Shown here one piece after another: positions 59,480-64,000 of a stretch of DNA of 64,000 bases; positions within the stretch are counted from its first letter, which is position 1; the number at the start of each line of letters is the position of its first letter. Origin of the DNA: the human T2T-CHM13v2.0 reference genome, Homo sapiens; contig CP068257.2 of assembly GCA_009914755.4 (NCBI GenBank), forward strand, positions 30,880,001 to 30,944,000, read 5' to 3'. The notes below the pieces were generated by a model. That model was not told where the DNA came from. It saw only the letters and a program-made list of their open reading frames with translations, and searched no databases. The translations under genes were made by a program, and so were the position numbers.

Positions 59480-60460
59480 CGTAGGATTCGAGGGCACAAG
59501 CAGAGGAGGAAAGGGGTGTCAAAGTCAGAACCGCCTAGAAGGCAACGAGAAGCAGAAGCGCAGGCCTGCGAGATGCTCATCAGAGTGACTTAGCTGTGGG
59601 CTGCGGAAAGCAACGGAAGGAACTCACATCCACTGGCCGCATTCCGCTCCCCGGAACGGAGGACAGAGCCGAGTTTCTTCAGGCAGTGGCTCCGGCCAAC
59701 TCTGCCCCACAGGTAAGGAGCGCGCAGCTGCCACACACCGCAGGCAGCGCGAACACAGACTCGGCCTTCCTAGGGCGCCGGCGTGTTGAGGGCGCCGCCC
59801 CCGTCGCTGCTGGGAGCTCGGCAGGCCCGTGGCCTTCTGCCTGGTTCTCCCGCCTCTGCAAGCCTCGCCTTCAGGACTCCGCCTCGCCTTCCTCTTTTCT
59901 GTTGGACAGACTCACGGGACCGTCTGCCTGGATGATGTGTGCACATTTCTTACCACGATTCCTCTGCACACCAGGTCCAGGGACTGCCGCGCTAGGGACG
60001 GCACAGCTGAACTGTGCAGGCAGCGAAGGGGCCTCACGGGGACCGCTCAGCTCCCTGAGGGCGCAGCCCCCCCTGGTCGGGGGGGAATAAACTTCCGCGG
60101 TTTTCAGTGACCCAGTTTGTGGCACGGCACAGGTTGAAAAGTTAAAATCTGAGCGCGTTAACTTCAGAGATGTACTGTGAGCGGCTTTGTGCAGCGAAAT
60201 GACCTGTTTACCGAACAGCGCCCTCTGTAGCCCAGTGCTCAGAACGGGCCTTTTCATGATGTTCCTGCGTTGTGTTTACAGCCTCCCTGTGAGGGGGTTG
60301 CGCGCACAGGTGGACCTCGTTTTATTGCGCCTTGCTCTATTGTGCCTCGCAGATACTGCACTTTTTTTACAAATTGAAAGTTTGTGGCAACTCTGTTGGG
60401 GCACCTCTATGGGTGCCATTTTTCCAACGGCTCGTGTTCACTTCATATCTCTGTGTCATA
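59480..60460. promoter_or_regulatory. CpG island (about 1 kb, CpG density far above the window background), a candidate promoter. It contains a consensus 5' splice site CAG|GTAAGG at about 59709-59718 on the + strand
   Basis: About 60 CpG dinucleotides in about 950 bp (e.g. GGCGCCGGCGTGTTGAGGGCGCCGCCCCCGTCGCTGCTGGGAGCTCGGCAGGCCCGTGG, GCCGCGCTAGGGACGGCACAG, GTTGCGCGCACAGG), whereas the rest of the window is CpG-depleted. CTCTGCCCCACAG|GTAAGGAGCGCGCAG fits the donor consensus (positions -3 to +6). The only upstream ATG (GAGATGCTCATCAGAGTGACTTAG) opens a 6-codon ORF, so a non-coding first exon is more likely than a coding one. Confidence 0.6.
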
Positions 60461-60689
60461 TTTTTAATTCTTGTAATATTTCGAATTTTTTCATTATCAT
60501 TATATCCGTCATGGTGATCTGTAATCAGTGATCTTTGATTTTACTTTGTAATTGTTTTGGGGAACCAACGACCGCACCCACGTAAGACAGAAAACGTAAT
60601 AAATGTCACGTGTGTTCCGAGTGCTCCAATGACCAGCTGCCCCCCATCTCTCTCCCTCCCCTCAGGCCTCCCTGTTCCCTGAAACGCAA

Positions 60690-61170
60690 TTGTGGGATTA
60701 CACCATTAATAACCTACAACGGCCTCTAAGTGTTCAAGTAAAAGGAAGAGACACACATCTCTCACTTTAAATCGAAAGCTAGAGTTGATTAAGCTTAGTA
60801 GGGAAAGCCTGTTCCAAGTTGAGATAGGCTGAAAGCAAGGCCTTTTGCACCCAGGAGTTAGCCCAGTTGTGAATGCAAAGAAAAACCTCTTAAAGGAAAT
60901 TAAAAGTGCTGCTCTAGTGAACACATGAATGACAAGAAAGCGAAACAGCCTTATTACAGTGGTCTAGATAGATCAAACCAACCACAGCGTTCCCTCAGGC
61001 CAAAGCCTACTCCAGAGCAAGGAACTCTCCTCAGTTCCACAAAGGCTGAGAGGAGTGAGAAAGCTACAGAAGAAAAGTTTGAAAGTAGCAGAGATTGGTT
61101 CATGAGGTCTAAGGAAATAAACCATGTCCACAACATAAAAGTGCTTCCCTCCAATAAAATGTCATGAAAT
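60690..61170 (+). mobile_element. Decayed Tigger/pogo-type (TcMar-Tigger) DNA transposon fragment, the N-terminal CENP-B-like HTH region of the transposase; a pseudo-ORF with stops
   Basis: Frame translation ..KRKRHTSLTLNRKLELIKLSRE..(stop)..PVVNAKKNLLKEIKSA.. resembles Tigger ..KRKSLTLEEKLEIIKRLEKGES...ILKNKEKI... The ORF 60925-61167 (..FESSRDWFMRSKEINHVHNIKV..) resembles Tigger ..FKASRGWFERFKKRSGLHNIKV... Several in-frame stops interrupt it. Assigned from remembered motifs. Confidence 0.55.
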
Positions 61171-64000
61171 AAGAACTTTTTACAAATGTGCTCATTGCTG
61201 ATTCCCTAGCCCTAAAACAATGCCTGCCACATGGTGACCATTGAATAGCTACGGGATGACGGGTCAGAAGGGGCATCAGGATGAATGATCACTCATGAAC
61301 AAGGCAAAACAAAGGACATTTTCAGATGAGCCAAAATTGAAAGAGTTGATTGCCCCCATCTCTTCATGCTCGTCAACTAGAAGGAAACTGTGCCCAAGAA
61401 ACGGGAAAGAAGCGCCCCAAATTCTGCATAAATTTAAAAAGTTTAAAGTAAACACTGGCTATGTAAACACCACAGTGATAATCATAACTAATACTGAGGG
61501 TAAAGACAACTTAGAGTAAAAATCCTGGCAGAAGCCAACACAATGACATGAGAGATTGGGGAGGAGAATCAGAACTAGAAGACTCTTGAGTTGGTTGTAG
61601 AGGACGGTAAGGATACTGATACATTTTCTTTACCAAGATAGGTTCCTGCAGAGGTCGTGAAGCTGCTGTGGTCATTTGCTGGCAGCGACGTGAAGATAGA
61701 ATTCTTTCCTGACTCAACCAGGGGCACTCTCGTCTCCTCCCCGTGAGACCCGCAATGCAGGAAGCACCCACAGCTGCATGGACAGAACTGGGGCCTGGGA
61801 AAGAGGCCAGGAAGGTGCCAGATGAGAGGGCGCTCCATCAGGGTGGCAGCAATGCCATGGGCTGGCAAATGGAGAAAGGGGAACAAAGCACCCAAGTGCA
61901 TCTAGCCCCAGCCACACGCCTTCTGCTGGGAGTGTGCTCAGAGGGAAGTGACCGCTAGGATTCGGAATCTCCAGTCACGGCCCCTGGAGACCGGCATGTG
62001 GGCTGTGTGTGGGGTGGAGGGCTGGGGGTGTTGGCAAGTCTCACAGGTGAGGACCCAACGAGGGAATCAGACAAAAAGTGGCCACAAATTAGGCAGCTCC
62101 AGGAAGGACATGTCCTTGCCATAGTAAGATGTTCTGCTCACGCGTATCCACGAGAAAGCCCCGCATTTCACGGGGAGCATAGAAACAGGAGTCCCCAACT
62201 CTGCTCACCAGCTCCTCCGGCTGCTGCCATCTGCTCCTGCAGCATGGCGGCCTGGGAAGCCTGCACTGGTGATTTTCTGCCACTCAAGTTTTGCAGACTT
62301 CGGGAAGATGGATGCATAGCCTGGGGCAATGACAGTCACAGGCCCGCCTTGTCACAAGGTCCCTGGAGCGGGCAATGCCTTGAGCCCAAAGGCTGGGAGC
62401 ACAAAGCCATCTTCAGCCATCCTCGATTTCCAGCAAGACCCCAGGGCTCACCCAACAGCCCGACACTCCATACTACAAGGTGGGTTAATTTTTTTAAAGA
62501 CTCTGCAGAAATATACCAACTACAGAGCTCAGGAAAGCAACTGATTTATAAAACCCAATCCAAGTTGTTTGCTTTTATAGCATTAGAGACATGTCTGAAG
62601 AACTTCAAGTTTTTATCTATAGAAACATAATTAGTTTAATAAATTACTAGGTCTATTTTGAATAACAAATTGAGTACTTTTATTAGACCTAAGTGGAACT
62701 TTATCTGAATCTGAATTTTCCAAGGGGCCAGTGTAGAGTGACACAGGTGTCCGAGGCCACCTTTCCATCTTCAGACACCCCCCCGTCTCTCTGCACAGGG
62801 AGTTGGCCTTCCAGTAGGTGTTGCTCTTCTGTCTTGACGTCTCCTGGAAAGATTTTTATCTCTATTTTCCTGTGGTGGTGTTTTCCACGAGCTAATTCTT
62901 TCTATCTTTAAACTCATTGGCTGAAAACAAATGTGGGAATATTTTTGCATTAGTAACAATTATATTATTTTTAAATGTTAAGCAACACATCATACCAGCT
63001 ATCACAGAATGTAGATGATTCTACTCCCCCTTCCTACAGAAGGACACATGAGGTATCCACACTTAGTGTCTCTCATTCCCCATTTTACAGCCCACGCTCT
63101 TGTGAAATTTGGGATTCCAATACATGGCTGATATTGTAAAGTCAACAGTGAAATAAAGTGCTTGAAACTCAATTCAAAAATGCATAATAAAAATAATTTT
63201 CTACATTTTGCACTATTTAACAATTGATGGTTTCAAGGCGTGGATAAGCCACCCATTCAGTTATCTATTTACTCGTACATTGCCCCGCATGCCTGTGATT
63301 AACTCAGGTCAATGATGGAGCATGAGAGAAGTCCGCGTCTCACAGGAGGCTGGGCCTGTGCAGTCCACCCTGGGACTTACGATGTTTTGTACTCATAGGA
63401 TCTGAAAAGGCTCTTTTCCTACTTGTGACAAATGCTTGGAGTAGATTTCTGATCTTCCTTCAGGGAATAAAGTGTTATCTGCTCAGCAGTTGCTTTGGGA
63501 AAGAATGCGAGGGGATAAATCATCTTCAGGAGTTGGGGGCGCCTTCTCCATCCACATCAACCCAGTATCAGTTGCTGGCTGTGGACTCACGAGATTTGCT
63601 TCCTGAGTATGAGGGTGACACAAAGCTGGGACAGGAAGAGACACACTGGCTGGGAGAATGTTCTAAAGAGGAGCTAATTTTAACAAAGAAAAATGTGATA
63701 GAGACTGCCGAGACCAGCTCGGTCAGGAAGACCCTAACCCAGCAGTGCTAGAGGAATTAAAGACATACGCACGGAAGTATAGCATGTGGAGTGGGAAATC
63801 AGGGCACTCACAGCCTTCAGAGCTGAGAGCCGTGAACAGAGATTTACCCACATATTTATTGACAGCAAGCCAGTGATAAATTGTTTCTATAGATTATAGA
63901 TTAACTAAAAGTATTCCTTATGGGAAACAAAGGGATGGGCCAAAACAAAGGGATGGGCTCTGGCTAGATATCCACAGCAGAAACATGTCCTTAAGGCACA

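Noticed and set aside
59596-60110. 164-aa and 93-aa ORFs inside the CpG island
   Set aside because: The first begins with GTG, not ATG, and reads straight through the consensus splice donor at about 59712. The Arg/Ala/Pro/Gly-rich composition is what CpG-island DNA produces in any frame. The island is better explained as a promoter with a non-coding first exon.
60925-61167. 80-aa ORF with similarity to pogo/Tigger transposase
   Set aside because: The surrounding frame has multiple stop codons and the HTH region upstream is broken, so it is a decayed transposon relic rather than a domesticated TIGD/JRK-like gene.
61998-62630. 210-aa plus-strand ORF
   Set aside because: Low-complexity composition, no splice or start context and no homology recognised. 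It overlaps a minus-strand ORF and is probably a chance frame in moderately GC-rich DNA.

Overview
This window is primate (almost certainly human) nuclear genomic DNA, not a prokaryotic or phage locus, and I find no compact novel biological system in it. Roughly half the sequence is interspersed repeats: about 40 Alu SINEs (many with readable target-site duplications), several 5'-truncated LINE-1 copies of different ages, MIR SINEs, MaLR and ERV9-type solo LTRs, two DNA-transposon relics, a 5S rRNA pseudogene fragment and assorted micro- and minisatellites. Nearly every ORF in the supplied six-frame track is a translation of these repeats, chiefly Alu in both orientations, L1 ORF2 remnants and TG/CA low-complexity DNA. 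Only two features look genic. One is a well-supported 3'-terminal coding exon (5106-5482, + strand) encoding a transmembrane helix followed by an acidic-cluster cytoplasmic tail; I cannot name the gene. The other is an approximately 1 kb CpG island (about 59480-60460) containing a consensus splice donor, consistent with a promoter and first exon. The remaining findings are structural: nested retrotransposon insertions that reuse one target site, a young L1PA insertion with a perfect 19-bp target-site duplication, a 68-bp minisatellite, a palindromic AT-rich repeat, inverted TG-rich and CA-rich arrays, a (GGAA)n tract and an ERV9/LTR12-like solo LTR. All coordinates are hand-counted and may be off by a few bases.
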